DNA of 57,453 nucleotides, filler included, from Basidioascus undulatus (Eukaryota): NCBI GenBank assembly GCA_000826855.1. It is 7 parts of 7 records of this genome, joined end to end, with 100 filler letters (N's around TTAATTAATTAA, not from the genome) between each part and the next. Parts side by side here need not be neighbours in the genome. Positions count along the whole stretch, not along the records: positions 1 to 8,147 come from JTLS01001434.1; positions 8,248 to 16,366 come from JTLS01001435.1; 5 more parts are not named here. One strand, written 5' to 3'. Made by a program: the position numbers and the translations under genes. This document shows, piece after piece, positions 1 through 12,217 of the stretch. The notes under the pieces were generated by a model that did not search any database, was not told the origin of the DNA, and saw only the letters and a list, made by a program, of their open reading frames with translations. Numbering within the stretch: the stretch's first letter is position 1; each line of letters opens with the position of its first letter.

Positions 1-856
1 TGGCCGTATCTGCTCTCGCTGCTCTGCTACCAGGCGTCAGCTGAAAGTCCTTGCATTGTTAAAAGACTACGGTAGTCTCCGTCTCCAGTACCGAGTTTGA
101 GCATACAAGAGCCAATGATTACCGGAGGCAAGCCGGTGGTGTTGCTCTGTACGCGCTTCAGTCATGGGAAACAGGACCCTAGTTTCTACATCCCATTTGA
201 TCTCCTAAAATACTGAAGTATCGCATGATGAATCCGAATTAGAAGGTTCTGCAGGCGAAGCAGCGTCGCGGGGCTGTGGAGTCGCTGTGACCAAGCGTCC
301 AGAGACGAAACACTGGAGACGAAGCTAAAGCTCAGAGTGTTAAACAATAAAACCTCTTGCCCAAATTTAGCGGACTGCAAAGTTGATGGGATACACTGCT
401 CAGTTCTTTGGGACTGTCCACCCCACAGCGGCGTACCGCGTGGGACCCCTTCACGGAATGTGAAATAAAGGGTGCAGTTGGTTTTCCCTCCCTATCTACC
501 ACGTGCAAGACCTTGGGGAAAGGAATGGTTTCACAGAGAGCAAATACCAGAGGCAGAATATGAGAGGAAGGGATGGGCACTGCATGCTCCCGCTGGCAGG
601 GGTGCTTAACAGAAATCGACTCGGCTTGTCGACGGCAAATCTTTGGTAAACACCACAGATATTTGAGCGACATTACTAAGGACTTGTTGGGGTACTTGAA
701 GTTGGATGCTTGGCACCTGCGAGACGTGCGTTCCGCTGTTCCCCCGCTTCTCTGCCACCGTCCCGGCCGCCCAAGGCCACCCTTCTCTTGCGCTCGCTCC
801 ATCACCAGAGCCTCACTTACCCCAGATCCTTTCACATCCAATCCTTGCTCGCATCC

Positions 857-1639
857 ATGTCCAGCCGCTCGAAATCCGTATACCGGTATATCAATGGCCG
901 TCGCTGTGACAACTGCTTGAAGGTCGAGCAGACGGACGGTCCGAAGCATCAGAGGTGCAGGAAATGCAGGAAGGGTACGTGTAGGGCTGCTGAGGACTCC
1001 CATTTTACTCATCCCGCTTACTGAGCCCTTCCTTTACCCGTAGCCTGATACTGTTGCGAGCAGTGTCAGAGAGCGGACTGGCCATAGCACAAGGCCGGCT
1101 GCGCGCTGAACGCCTCCGTCAAGGAGTTTCACGTCGAGCAGCTTCCCCTCAGAACGCCGCGCGGAATGGATCGACCAGCATGAAGGTGCCCTCCGTGTCG
1201 GGGTTGGCCTCTCTCTGGGCCTCCTGCCTGAGACACGCACTCTCCATCGAGCTTCTGCCCATCAGCCTCGACCCACCTCGCTTCGAGTACGAGATCATTT
1301 CGCTACAGGAGGCAGACAAGGAATTGAGTGAACATGGCGATGAGACGATTTTGGTGGACCTGGACAGAAGTGTAAGTAAGCTGCGGTTCTGTTTCCCCAT
1401 GCCGCGCTCTTGGCGATGAAGGCTGCTCTGATGCCGCGGGAGCCGCGACAGGGATGGAGAAGGATGGCCACAAGGAGGTAGCACTGCTTATTGTGAAGGT
1501 TGGGGAGGCACCATCAGCTTCCCATACCGACAAGAGTGGAAGCTCCTGCCACGCAATTTGCCTAGCTCGGGCTTGTGTGGGGAGTGGTGGGGCTGGTTGC
1601 GGGCTGCCATCAAGCGAAGTGGGGGATCTTGATGTCTGA
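857..1639 (+). pseudogene. MYND-type zinc-finger protein pseudogene
   Basis: Splicing out intron 975-1043 (GTACGT..TAG) gives CDNC..CRKCRKA*YCCEQCQRADWP*HKAGC, a MYND finger with in-frame TGA (1046-1048) and TAG (1085-1087); a further frame change follows. End approximate. Confidence 0.8.
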
Positions 1640-2191
1640 TCGGCTGCGAAAATGAACACGCTTCACGCCTCAAGCCACATGATGCGCTTCCGTGCAGAGG
1701 TAATCAAGCGTGTCGATGAGTTTCAGTCATAACGAGAGGCATAGTTCGGCATGTCTGGATGAATGGACGTGGGGCCCGAGCCTTTGAACGTTAGGAGAGA
1801 GCATGTGCAACTGAGCTTCAGATGAACGTGCAGATGGACCCGCATGGAGGCGCCGCTCCGTCGGTCGCCTCCCTTGAGAACTGAAGACGGTGGACTTGCA
1901 TCGTCGAGAGCTGTCACAAGCGATCGAGCATGGCGCGGTCGAAAAGCAGGTGAAGCAAATCGAAGCGTTGGGTGGACCATGTACGAAAGCAAGCAGATCG
2001 ACGATTACAGATGATGTTCCGCGACCGAACGACTTGTTCAGCGCATGCGGGAAGCCTTCGAGGATTGCAGAGTCGAATGAGTGAGTATCGAATGCACGCG
2101 TGACAGTCGAGATGGCTCGTGATGGGTGTGGCTCAGTCGTGGGCAGCTAGGAAGGGTGAGATGCAATATACAGGGCGATGAGGCGTTACAC

Positions 2192-3656
2192 TTAGAGAGG
2201 GGGTTGCGGAGGGGGGACCATCCCAGCCATCTCTTCCGGGGAAAGCGAGCTAGACTCCAGCATAATACCTGCGTCGTTCGAGCGGAACATCAGCATATGG
2301 CGGTTGAGCACAGAAGGTCAAGGGCAGGGTAGCGCACCAACACCGAACTTGGACGCGCCCTGTTGCGAAGACGGGTGTCAGATGCGTTCGCACGCCAGCA
2401 TAGCGAGACAGCGCACCTTCATGTGATCAATCTCGCCAGCTACCAGGAACGCGAACGCAGGGGTGAAGCGCTGCTCGAGCAGCGCCGCGACCTTGCCAGT
2501 CGAGTCGATCTGTCCGCGGAACGTGGCCATGCGGAAGTCGTACTTGGCGCCAAAGGTCGCGACGGCCTCACGGCCAGTCGGGCGGGAAAGGATCTGGAGG
2601 TTGGCGCCAGCGTCGACCTTGTCCGAGAGCTTGTGGTGGTATGTCGCCTCGAGCATGCCCTGCGGGTTGATCTGGGCGGTCGCGATCCAGTCGCGCTTGC
2701 TGCCGGCGAGGCGGGCGAGGTACGAGGTGACGGTCTCGGAGACGCCCGGCTGCGGGTTTTGGAGAAGGGTCTCGACACCGAGGGCGAGGTTCGGGGTGAG
2801 CGACTGGAGGTAAGAGCCGATGTAGATGCCCGTGCCGTCGAGGGGAGAGGGGTTCATCGCCTTGACGTTGGCGGAGAAGTCGAGCCCCTGATAGTCGTGC
2901 TCGAGCTGGATCATGCTGTGGCCGGGAGTGCCGGACAGCTAGATTGACCACGGTTGTCAGCACCGCAACGGCCAATCCCTACCAACAAGATTCGGGACGC
3001 ACCTGGCCCTGCACCTTCGCAGTACCGCACGACCCCAGAGTCTGGTTTGCCCGCGCCGTCAGGCTGCCCTCGTGGTCCACCGCACCTTGCAGGAAGGTCT
3101 GATACCCCGCCAGATGTTAATAAGCTTCCGTACCAGGCTACAGCAGCCGCGACTCACGTTGGCGTCCGCGAAGACAGCACCGAATTGATAGCTCGAGGGT
3201 GCGGTCTGGCTGCCGAGCGCGAAGGAGTGGGTGACCTGGAACGCCGGGTTGAGCGAGAGACCCTTAGTAAGGTCCGCGCGGGCACCGTCAAAGATGTAGT
3301 TGTTGAGGAGCGTCACTGCAAAAGACCAGGTATCAGCATTCGTCTATCATGTGCTCGGTTGATGATCGCAGACCGGGAAGTCCTGCTGAACCACCTGCAG
3401 ACAGGGACTCACTCTTGACCTCCCGTCCAAGACCCTCCGCCGTTCCCGGGTTGCCTAGACCCAGGTTCCTCCGCCAGTCGTTCCATCGCGTGTAGGCATC
3501 GGCGAGAGGAGAGGCGACAGGGGAAAGGGCGTGGAAGACGGGCTGGAGGAATTTGGGCGCCGTCGGCTCGGGCACATCCACGGTGTGCACGGGGACGGCG
3601 TGAATGGGGGCGGTCTCGGGCGCGGGCGAGGCGGGTCCGTGTGCAGCGGTGGCCAT
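2192..3656 (-). CDS. TOM40: Mitochondrial outer-membrane translocase pore Tom40 (multi-exon)
   Basis: Exons encode LGLGNPGTAEGLGREVK, FDGARADLTKGLSLNPAFQVTHSFALGS, QLEHDYQGLDFSANVKAMNP, FGAKYDFRMATFRGQIDSTGKV, GEIDHMK, SKFGVGIMLE; ATG at 3656, TAA at 2192-2194. Confidence 0.96.
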
Positions 3657-3945
3657 GTCGAGCAGGAATACGGAAACAAGCGAAGCAGAGACCGAATGGA
3701 GCAGAGGCAAGAGGCGCGAAAAGTGGAGATTCGCGTGCGTCAGTCGCTTGCGGAGAAGACAAGGGGCGGGCCGCTGGATTTCAACTGGGCCGTATTCGCC
3801 GAACTCGTTCGTTCCCAGATCGCCATTCCGGTACACCTTGCCCTTGCTTTATCCCCTACATTACCTCTCTTTATATATCATTACTGACCATCAATAATCA
3901 CATTCTTTCTATACGGCCAGCTGACGAGATCGCTCGGAAAATATC
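3657..3945. promoter_or_regulatory. Short divergent intergenic region (probable bidirectional promoter) between TOM40 and the thioesterase
   Basis: Start codons about 290 bp apart on opposite strands; AT-rich TATA-like stretch near 3871-3880. Confidence 0.5.
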
Positions 3946-4805
3946 ATGTCGGCGACTCTTCGCTTCACTCGCAAGGTACTCGCCGCCGGAGCTCCGAACG
4001 CCTGCCGCCTGTGTACTGACCGATATCGTTTAAATCAGTGCTGGGATTCGTTCTTGAAGAACGGCGGTAATGAAAAACATCGATGTCACACGCCACTGCC
4101 ATCTCTCATACCTCTATCTGAACAGGCCATGATGCGACGATCTTCCCGCGAGCTACGGTGGTCCAGGCGGTTCCGGGTCGCATCGAAATGAAAGTCCCTA
4201 TTGAGAAGCACAACTGTAAGTGACTATGTCGGGACCACTGCCAGTTCAACCCCTCATTCTGACTTGGCCGGACAGTGAACCGCGTCGGCACCCTGCACGG
4301 CGGCGCGATCGCCTCTCTCGTCGACTCAGTCGGCTCGCTGTCTCTTTCGACCCACGGCCTCTACTACACCGGTGTCTCTGTGGACATGCACCAGACTTTC
4401 GCAAAGGCGTCCGGCACTGTAGGCGACGAGGTCCTTGCTGTTGGGACTGTCGAGAGCCTGGGTGGGTCCGCTTTCCGACGCCCGGCGGTACTCGGCTGAC
4501 ACCCGCCCACAGGGCGGAGCCTGGCGTACACCCGAGTTGAGCTGCAGCATCCGACTACGCGTGCTCTTCTGGCCTGGGGCTGTACGACTTTTCCCCAAAC
4601 TGCTTCTCCAATCATGGCCGCTGACGTCCTGTCACGTCACAGCGCATACCAAGTTCGTCGGAAAGGTCTGGCGTGCCAAGGTGGGTTCCGCTTGGCGTGC
4701 ATTTCTCCTGGCAACTCCCGTAACTGAATTGTGGTTATCTTCATTCAGGAGAACGTCAAATTCAGCGAGGACGGCGAGACGGTGGTCGAGGGTTCGATCG
4801 ACTAG
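3946..4805 (+). CDS. PaaI/ACOT13 (THEM2)-family hot-dog thioesterase (multi-exon)
   Basis: NRVGTLHGGAIASLVD catalytic motif, TGVSVDM, GRSLAYTRVE, HTKFVG; canonical introns; TAG at 4803-4805. Confidence 0.9.
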
Positions 4806-5600
4806 ATTTACGGATAGATGTGTGAGCGAAGACGGCCATCGCCCGTCACCAATGCAATAATACTAGACTTAATCTACCTTTCGGTGTTCTCTGTCTGTGT
4901 CTGATGCAGTCGCCGCTGGGAAGCAATCATTCAATAGTCGCAGTGTAAGAAAACTAATGAAGCCCAGTCAGCCCAGTCAGCCCATGCCTGCCACCCAGGC
5001 GCTTGTCGCTCCACCTCTTCTTGAGCCTTTTCGATCTGTGACATACGGTGTCAGCCAGGAGTCGGTAACAATAAGCATGTTCTTCTGTTCCTTGCGCTTT
5101 TGAAGTATTCCACGGCCTTGCCGCGGCATCGTTGCTGGCTTATCGCAAACCACTATCGCGGGGGATGAAGCTGGATGGCGGAAACGGTACACTGCACAAA
5201 ATACTTACAGACTTCAGCACACAAGCGTGCAGTGTGGTTGAGTAGGAATCCCGATAAGGTGTTCTCGACCCTGCGTTTGGCAGTACTACACACGATCGCC
5301 TGAAGCATAGAGCATCTCTGTCATATTAGCCGCCCCATAATTCCATGAATACTGAAGGTATTCGCCGTTCTGCTCCGCAAGAGCGGCGATGGTTGTTGCG
5401 CATGTTTGTTTGTTGCGCCAGCCTGTTTACCCGAAGGTGCTGTCCACGTTCGCCGGCGCTTCTTAGCTATTTACGCAGCGGCCAAGTTGCCAGCAAAGCC
5501 AATCTCGCGAAACTCGCGGACTCGTTCGGGTGGACAAGTCCAACTTCAGAATCATCTCCACAACTTCACTTACATTGGCCATCAAGACAATTCCGACAAC

Positions 5601-7443
5601 ATGCCCTCTTTTTCCGCGTGCGGGCCCCCCACAGCCGCAACCTCCCTAGGCGAGCCGGACCTCAACACCATTGTACAGTTCACCAACTGCGACCTCGCGC
5701 TACCGGACGGCACGCTCAAAACCGCCAATCTCTGGGTGGACACGGCCTCCGGGAGGATCCTCGACGCCCAGCAGATCCAAGGGGTTCGGCCTGCACGCGT
5801 CGTCGACCTTGACGGGCACATCCTCGCGCCTGGGTTCATCGACATCCAGCTAAATGGCGCTTTCGGCGTGGACTTCTCCGTGTACTCGGGCGATCCGGTC
5901 GCTTACGAGACTGGATTACGACATGTTGCGAGCAGGCTCGTTCAGACGGGGGTAACAAGGTGAGGCGTCTTCTTGCCGTGTGCGGAGAGAGTGTTCCACT
6001 CAAATACACTGTCATGCAGTTTCGTGCCGACGACCATTGTCTGATCTTGATCCCTTCTAGCTTTCCGAACATGAGGAAAACTGACACGCCGTCCCGCGCA
6101 GTCTCAGCATTCCACCCTGTACCGCGAAGTGCTACCTCTCCTCCGCGCTCAATCGTTCCCCAACGGCGCCAACATACTAGGCTGGCATGCCGAAGGTGAC
6201 TGTGACTTATGCCCTTTCCTAAAAAATCCTCGCGAGAGCATTCTGACCGATTCCTGTACCCACTCAGGACCATTTCTCTCCCGCTCCAAGCGCGGGGCCC
6301 ACAACCCCGATGTCCTGCTTTCCGCGCCGAACGGGATCGACTCGCTGCGCGAAGTATATGGCGGTGCCCGTGAAGGCAGCGAGAGCGAGAAGGAGGGGAC
6401 GGTGAAGCTGCTCACGCTCGCGCCGGAGGTCGACGGGCTGCTGGAGAGCATTCCGGCGCTCGTGAGTAAGGGGATTACGGTGTCGCTGGGACATACGTCC
6501 GTTTACTCGACTTCTCATACCGCCCATGGCAAAGTGTTGCTCATATGCTGTTGGGTTTCCAGTACCGCAACGTCAGCAGTAGCAACAGCGGCCGTCCTAT
6601 CGGGAGCGTCCATGATCACTCACCTCTACAACGCTATGCCCTCCGTACGCCCATCCCTCACGTCTTCCCAACAGCCCCTCACAAGCCTCCTATTGCAGCT
6701 GCACCACCGCGAGCCCAGTCTGATCGGGCTCCTGGGCGCCCCCTCCCTCCTGGACAGCGACGCGCTCGCCGAAGTCCAGCGCGAACTCTCGACGCGCTCC
6801 CGGCCGCTCAGCGCGCAGCTCTCCGAGACGCTCGCGCAGCCCAGCGTGCCCTTCCAGCGCCCGTGGTGGGGGCTCATCGCGGACGGGGTGCACTGCCACC
6901 CGCACGCCGCGCGAATCGCGTATGCTGCCCATCCTGAGGGCTGCATATTGGTGACGGACGGTGAGCGCTTGTGTGAGGAGAGGGATGAGGGGGACGGAAG
7001 CTGATGCTTGGTGTTTCTTGCAGCTGTGGCTCTGCTCGACCCTACGAAGCCGGACGGGGAGTACCAGTGGGATGGCCGGGCGGTCGAAAAGCGGGGTGCT
7101 CGATTGACGCTGCAGGGTACGGACACGTTAGCGTGCAGGTGCGTACCTTCTTCTCCCTCTGCACGCCTGAACGCTTCATCTCTTATCCCCAAACAGTCTC
7201 GCAACCATGTCCCTCTGCGTCTACAACCTCTCCAAGTTCGCGTCCATCCCGCTCGCGCAAGCGATCGCGTGCGCGACAAGCCACCCCGCGCGGGCGCTGG
7301 GACCGCACGTCGCTGCGCGGAAGGGCCACCTCGGCGCGGGGGCGGACGCGGACTTGGTCGTGCTCGATCGCGAGTCGGGGGAGGTGCTGGCTACTTGGGT
7401 TGCGGGGGTCGAGGTGTGGCGGGCGGAGAAGGGGGCATTGTAG
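5601..7443 (+). CDS. DAC1: N-acetylglucosamine-6-phosphate deacetylase (NagA/Dac1 family)
   Basis: Spliced frame is open: PGFIDIQLNGAFGVDF, GWHAEGPF, KRGAH, TLAPE, SLGHT, THLYNAM, IADGVH, LVTDA, KGHLGAGADADLVVLD. Confidence 0.95.
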
Positions 7444-7654
7444 GTGACACGACCTTGTTATAGAGCAACTGCATCACTCGGTTGCTAGCCCGCTAAACAC
7501 CCTCGACATGGTGAGACGCTCAGCGGCCCATTTCCCAAGAGGCGATAAGTCAAATGCGTAATATTGATCATCGTCATCATCACAGCCCAAGGAAAGCAAA
7601 GCAAAGTAGAAGAGCAAAAGATAAGGGTCAATGGACGAAAGAAACCGAGAACCT

Positions 7655-8147
7655 CTAAGCCTTCTTCGCCGCCGCGTCGCCCTCAGCCGGTGACGTCTTG
7701 GGCTTGAGCCCGCTGAAGGGGTCGATCTTGCGCGTGGGGTCCATGAACGCGCGGACCATGTCGTCGGAGACCTGCGCCTTCGCCTATCGCCGGACGCATG
7801 CGAATAGCAAAGTCAGAGAGCGCCACGGTGAAAGATGAAGGAAGGACAACATAAGTAGAGAGAAGAGAGCCGCGCACCTTCTGGAACTCCCCAACGAACT
7901 GCTGCAGACACTCTATGCACTTCTTCTTCAGCTCACCGGTGAGCAAGCGGCCCGCGCGGTACTCCTGTTCGCGTTCGCACCGCCTCGCCCCGCATCAGCC
8001 GCGGCTCCTGAATGTCCCCCAAATGCGCAGCACGCACCTCGCCAATCTTCGCGAGCTCCTCGTCGTCCTCCATGAAGAACCCGAGGTACTGGTAGGGGAC
8101 GTCGATGTCCGTGTTCCCGCCAAGGCGGCGGTGCTCCTCGACGCTAG
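7655..8147 (-). CDS. WRS1: Cytoplasmic tryptophanyl-tRNA synthetase, 3' part (truncated by contig edge)
   Basis: [29 protein letters not shown] / [17 protein letters not shown] / [18 protein letters not shown] at 7655-7657. Confidence 0.92.
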
Positions 8148-8247
8148 NNNNNNNNNNNNNNNNNNNNNNNNNNNNNNNNNNNNNNNNNNNNTTAATTAAT
8201 TAANNNNNNNNNNNNNNNNNNNNNNNNNNNNNNNNNNNNNNNNNNNN
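8148..8247. other. Artificial contig linker
   Basis: 44 N + TTAATTAATTAA (stops in six frames) + 44 N. Confidence 0.99.
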
Positions 8248-8580
8248 CCCGCGGCGTCGGCTGCGCCGAAGCGGACAACTGCGGCGCCCACGCCTCCCGC
8301 CGCGTCTTTCCCTGCTCTGCCTTCCTCCGCCGCAGTCGCGCAGGCGCAGGCGGAGCGCCGCGCGCTCTTCAACAGGGGCGGCAGCGGCAGCGGCGACGCG
8401 GAGGCAGGCTCGTGCGCATCAGTATGGTCCGGCCCGTCCAGGGACGTCGCTGACGGGGTGGGGGCCCTGTCACTCGAGGGCAGCAACGCGAACGCGGGCT
8501 GGAACGCGAACGGCCGCGGCGGCAACAATAAGCGCAAGGGCAAGCAGAAGCAGACGCTCTTCACGTTCACCTCGCGGTGA
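8248..8580 (+). CDS. HEL2: C-terminal fragment of Hel2/ZNF598-like ribosome quality-control E3 ligase
   Basis: SFPALPS motif and terminal KRKGKQKQTLFTFTSR*, resembling the KKGKQKQLLF-type Hel2 C-terminus; 5' part lost at the contig edge. Confidence 0.65.
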   Translation, partial: PAASAAPKRTTAAPTPPAASFPALPSSAAVAQAQAERRALFNRGGSGSGDAEAGSCASVWSGPSRDVADGVGALSLEGSNANAGWNANGRGGNNKRKGKQKQTLFTFTSR

Positions 8581-9172
8581 ACGACGCCCCATCACCCTCC
8601 ATCGTTTGACTTTGGGCTGGGGGAGACAGAAGAGCCGACGGCGGGCGGTCTCGAGCGCTTGGGCACTGGATGTGTATGGTGATTGGACTGGATGGCTGGC
8701 TGCGCTGTTGTATCGCCGATCCGTTTCGACCGCTTGCATTCGCATCGCATATATACATCTTGCATTGATTTCTTGGCCACTCGGCCGAATTGGAGAATGA
8801 AAGTCGTTCTGGAAAAACCGTAAGCGATGTGAGGAGGCCGGCGGCAGGTCTCGAGGTCTCCCAGGGGAAGCCACAGTGGCCGCAGTGGCTTGCAGGTTCG
8901 CCTTCTACCCGTCCAAACCCTGCCTGCGGCAAAAGACATGTGAGGAATGATCGGTTTGTCAATTGCGTTCGTCTCATCTTGGTCTTTTTTCAAGTATTCG
9001 AACGAGCGGGTGCGAGGTACCGTTCAATGCTGCTTTCGAATAGGCTGTGCATCTTGCAGCTGTTGAATGTGCCAGTAGCACGCAATATGTTCACAAGCAT
9101 ACAAGCACGTTCCATGGAGAGCGTGAGGCAAGAAACAAACTGAAGTGCATGGCATAACTCTCAGGCACAGAC

Positions 9173-10150
9173 TCAGTCATCGGCTGCACGGAAAAGAAAG
9201 CGGTGGTGAGCGGCAATGGGGACAACACCACAGCGACAGAACGCACCTTCTTCGCAGGCCCCAACGATCATGGCCTCCCTGACGTCGCGTTTCACACACC
9301 TCGCTGCAGCTACTGTCGGCCAGGCAGACACGGAACTGGTGCCGCTGGTCCAGCTGCTGAACGACGTTGCGCCTCTCACGGTACTCGGCAAGTGCCCCGC
9401 AGTCCTCCAAGCGACTTCGACGTTCATGTGAGGTCCGGGAACATGCCAGAGCATTAAGCCCCGGTCCGTGATCTCCTTCTCCAGCTCGAGTCCACGAGCG
9501 TCTGGCCAGGCATCAAGCGGACATGGAAGCGAGCCAGACCAGGGGCGCCTGTGAGGCCGTCGACGATCTGCGTGAGGGCCGGGGTGCTCTCCGAGGCTGA
9601 AACGACACATTCATCGACTCCAGAGTACCGCGAGAGGTCGGGAAAGGCATACCAGTAGTGGCGGAACTCGTATTGTCTCCTTTCGGACGTCCAGTTGCCG
9701 AGAATGTGGGTCCCGACAATAGCGAAGCTGCTCATCCGAACTCAGCCATCCGAACTCGTCCGGTAATACGCATAAAGTTGAGTAGCTCAGGGCGATATTT
9801 CACTTCGCTGATGTGACCGACGCCGTGCAGATGAAGTTCGAGCACAGGAAGCGGGGCAGCAGCTTGCAGCAGGTATATGAGCTCGGGGAGAATGCGCGAC
9901 TCGCGATAGACGAGGATGAGGCGATGGAGAGTAAGGTTGAGAAGGAGGGGGTGCTGGCAGAGAGTAAGGGCGAAAGAAGAGTATTGCCTGGAGTGCGTGA
10001 GGGCGCAGCATGAATAGGCGATGCGTGTTCCAAATCGATGCCAGATGCGACAGACGAGGAGTGAGTGCTCGAGAGGAACCCAGGGCGGGGGTTTGAACAG
10101 AATGCGGAAGACCAAGATCATCAAATCGTTTGGAAGAGGCCCTTGCCACT
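9173..10150 (-). pseudogene. F-box protein pseudogene
   Basis: LPNDLMILVFRIL...SLLVCRIWHRFG F-box-like motif near 10140-10040; downstream protein-like sequence is split over several frames (9732-10124, 9454-9735, 9173-9610). Confidence 0.6.
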
Positions 10151-11197
10151 TTGGAAGTCAGATCGTTGATGAAGCCTACGGACAGAAGAGCATGCGCTTT
10201 GGACTTACCATATCGAGTGTAGCAGTGTGACCGACAGGCTTTCGCCACAGCCAGAGGACCACGGCACGAAAGAACACCTGACACTCGCCACTCACAATAG
10301 TAAGTAAAGCGTTGCCATTATCCCCTAAGAGTGTTCAATTGCGCATCTTGACTGGTCCTGGTTTCCGTTCCGGCTGAAACACACCCAGCCCCAGCAGCGA
10401 TCTCGGGTCTGCCAAAGTCCAAGTACCCCATAAGTTTAGCCATTGAATACTGTGAAGTGAATTGTCATGCCAACTCACATAGTTGGATGCACAGAACCCC
10501 AGCCCAAAACGTTAGAATGCCGATAAAGGCATCTGCGTCTCTGTGGAACGGGGGGTGTTCCACGTTCGGCATGCAAGCAAAGTAGAAATATATGAAGGTG
10601 ACAAGAAAATTCGGACTGCAATCAAAATGTGAAAGGCTGCAGGGAGCTCAGGCTGCATTTCGATAGTATGTCGGCCGCTGGCAGTGCGTCGAAAGAGAGA
10701 ATACGCGGAGGGTGGATTTGGTAGAAGGTCAATTTCGATGACTCATTCTCCGGATGACCTCGCTGTGTTCATCTGACCACATAATTCTTTACGCAATATG
10801 CGAGCGTGAACGTGCCGTGCAAGTTGCGCAAGTTGCGGATTTCCTTCGCCCAGCCGTGACAGCTGCGCCCCTGGGGCAATCATTGGCAATCACCCTCGCA
10901 GACGGTCTCCTTCTGTAGGCGCCAAAATTATCAAAATGTCCGAAGTCCAGAACCCGGCAGGACAATTTCCAAAAAGTGACAGAACACCAAAGCCCAGAAC
11001 TACAGCTGAGCAGACAGAAGTGGAGAAGGCAGATTGTCGCTTGGACGTTCTTCATGTTTGTGGGTCAACATACTTAACACACTTAAGCTTGTACTACAAT
11101 CATGCAGTCAAGCCAAGGCTCGTGGGCCGGTAAGTACGCTATTCCGGAAGTCATGCGCAAAAATTTCTACAACAAAAATTTTGCATTTGGCAGCATC

Positions 11198-11277
11198 GGC
11201 CTGATGGTCTAGTAGTATGATTTTCCCTTAGGGTTTCCAATTGGGAGAGGTCCCGGGTTCAATTCCCGGTCAGGCCC
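11198..11277 (+). tRNA. tRNA-Pro(AGG) with 8-nt intron
   Basis: Cloverleaf with GGCCTGA/TCAGGCC acceptor stem, loop TT-AGG-G[TTTCCAAT]T, GGTTCAATTCC T-arm; T-run terminator follows. Confidence 0.95.
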
Positions 11278-11666
11278 TTTTTTGGCCTTTTAGGCCCACT
11301 GATTTCAACAACAGCCACTTTTCAACAGTACTTTGCTTATTTTGCCGACGCGAGCGTCATTTCATTATTGACTGCTATGAAAACAAGTAAGTTCGATGGA
11401 ACCCTCAATGGGAACCTCGCGGATATACCACGGAGAGTCCGGCTGAGCCCCGTGCTCGCTCGGCTCAGTTGACCCTCTACACCCGCACGACAACCATCAT
11501 ACGCTCAGTTCCTACTCTTTCATATTTCACTCAACTGAAACAGCGGGTCTTTCCTCGTTCTTCTAACTACCTCAGCCGCATTCACCCTTCGATCGCGTCC
11601 ACTCCCTGGATCGCACCGCCCGCACCCCTATCCCTCCGCTCTCGACCTTCTCGTCCCTACACCATC

Positions 11667-12217
11667 ATGTCCGGCTGGAACGTCATCTGGGTGGGGATCG
11701 TGGCGCTCGCGCTCGGTGTTGCCATGTGGTTCCTGCCGAAGAAGGGGCCGCACCAGACGTGCGTCACGCTGGCGGCTGGAGGGCGGCCAGGACACGAGGC
11801 TGATAGCACGGACGGTGGAACAGGCTGGTGAGGACTATGGGGATGCTCACTGTTACGTGCTGCTACCTGATGTGCGTTCATCTTTCTATCTGTGTGCTAT
11901 TGAGCCCAAGTCGCGTTGCGGGGGTCGCGGAGTGGTTGCAAGCGAAGACGCTGACGCTCTGGGCCGGTCGTCACCCTCCACCCGGATCGCAGGTGGGCAA
12001 TCACCTACATGGCACAACTACACCCTCTCATTTGTACGTTCCGCATCTCTCCCACCCTCCCGCGCCCTTCCCCTCTTCCATCCTCGCTCTTCCCCTCCTT
12101 CCCGTCTCGATCCTACCTTCACACCGAGGACCCTGCATCTTGCCCAGACGCTGACTGTTGGAGACTGATATGCACGCAGCGCCGAGGCGGACGGTCCGGG
12201 CGGAGAGCGAGCCCTGA
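11667..12217 (+). CDS. VMA9: V-ATPase V0 subunit e (4 exons)
   Basis: MSGWNVIWV...PKKGPHQT/LVRTMGMLTVTCCYLM/WAITYMAQLHPLI/SPRR..; TGA at 12215-12217. Confidence 0.93.

Noticed and set aside
1046..1087. Stop-codon reassignment, selenocysteine or A-to-I rescue of in-frame stops
   Set aside because: TAA, TAG and TGA all terminate intact genes here, and the same loci also carry frameshifts; pseudogenisation is simpler.
4961..4984. 9-bp tandem repeat AGCCCAGTC and similar microsatellites (for example near 28017)
   Set aside because: Ordinary short tandem repeats; not CRISPR-like, no spacers.
3946..8147. GlcNAc catabolic cluster around DAC1
   Set aside because: Neighbours are a thioesterase and TrpRS; there is no deaminase, kinase or GlcNAc transporter in the contig.
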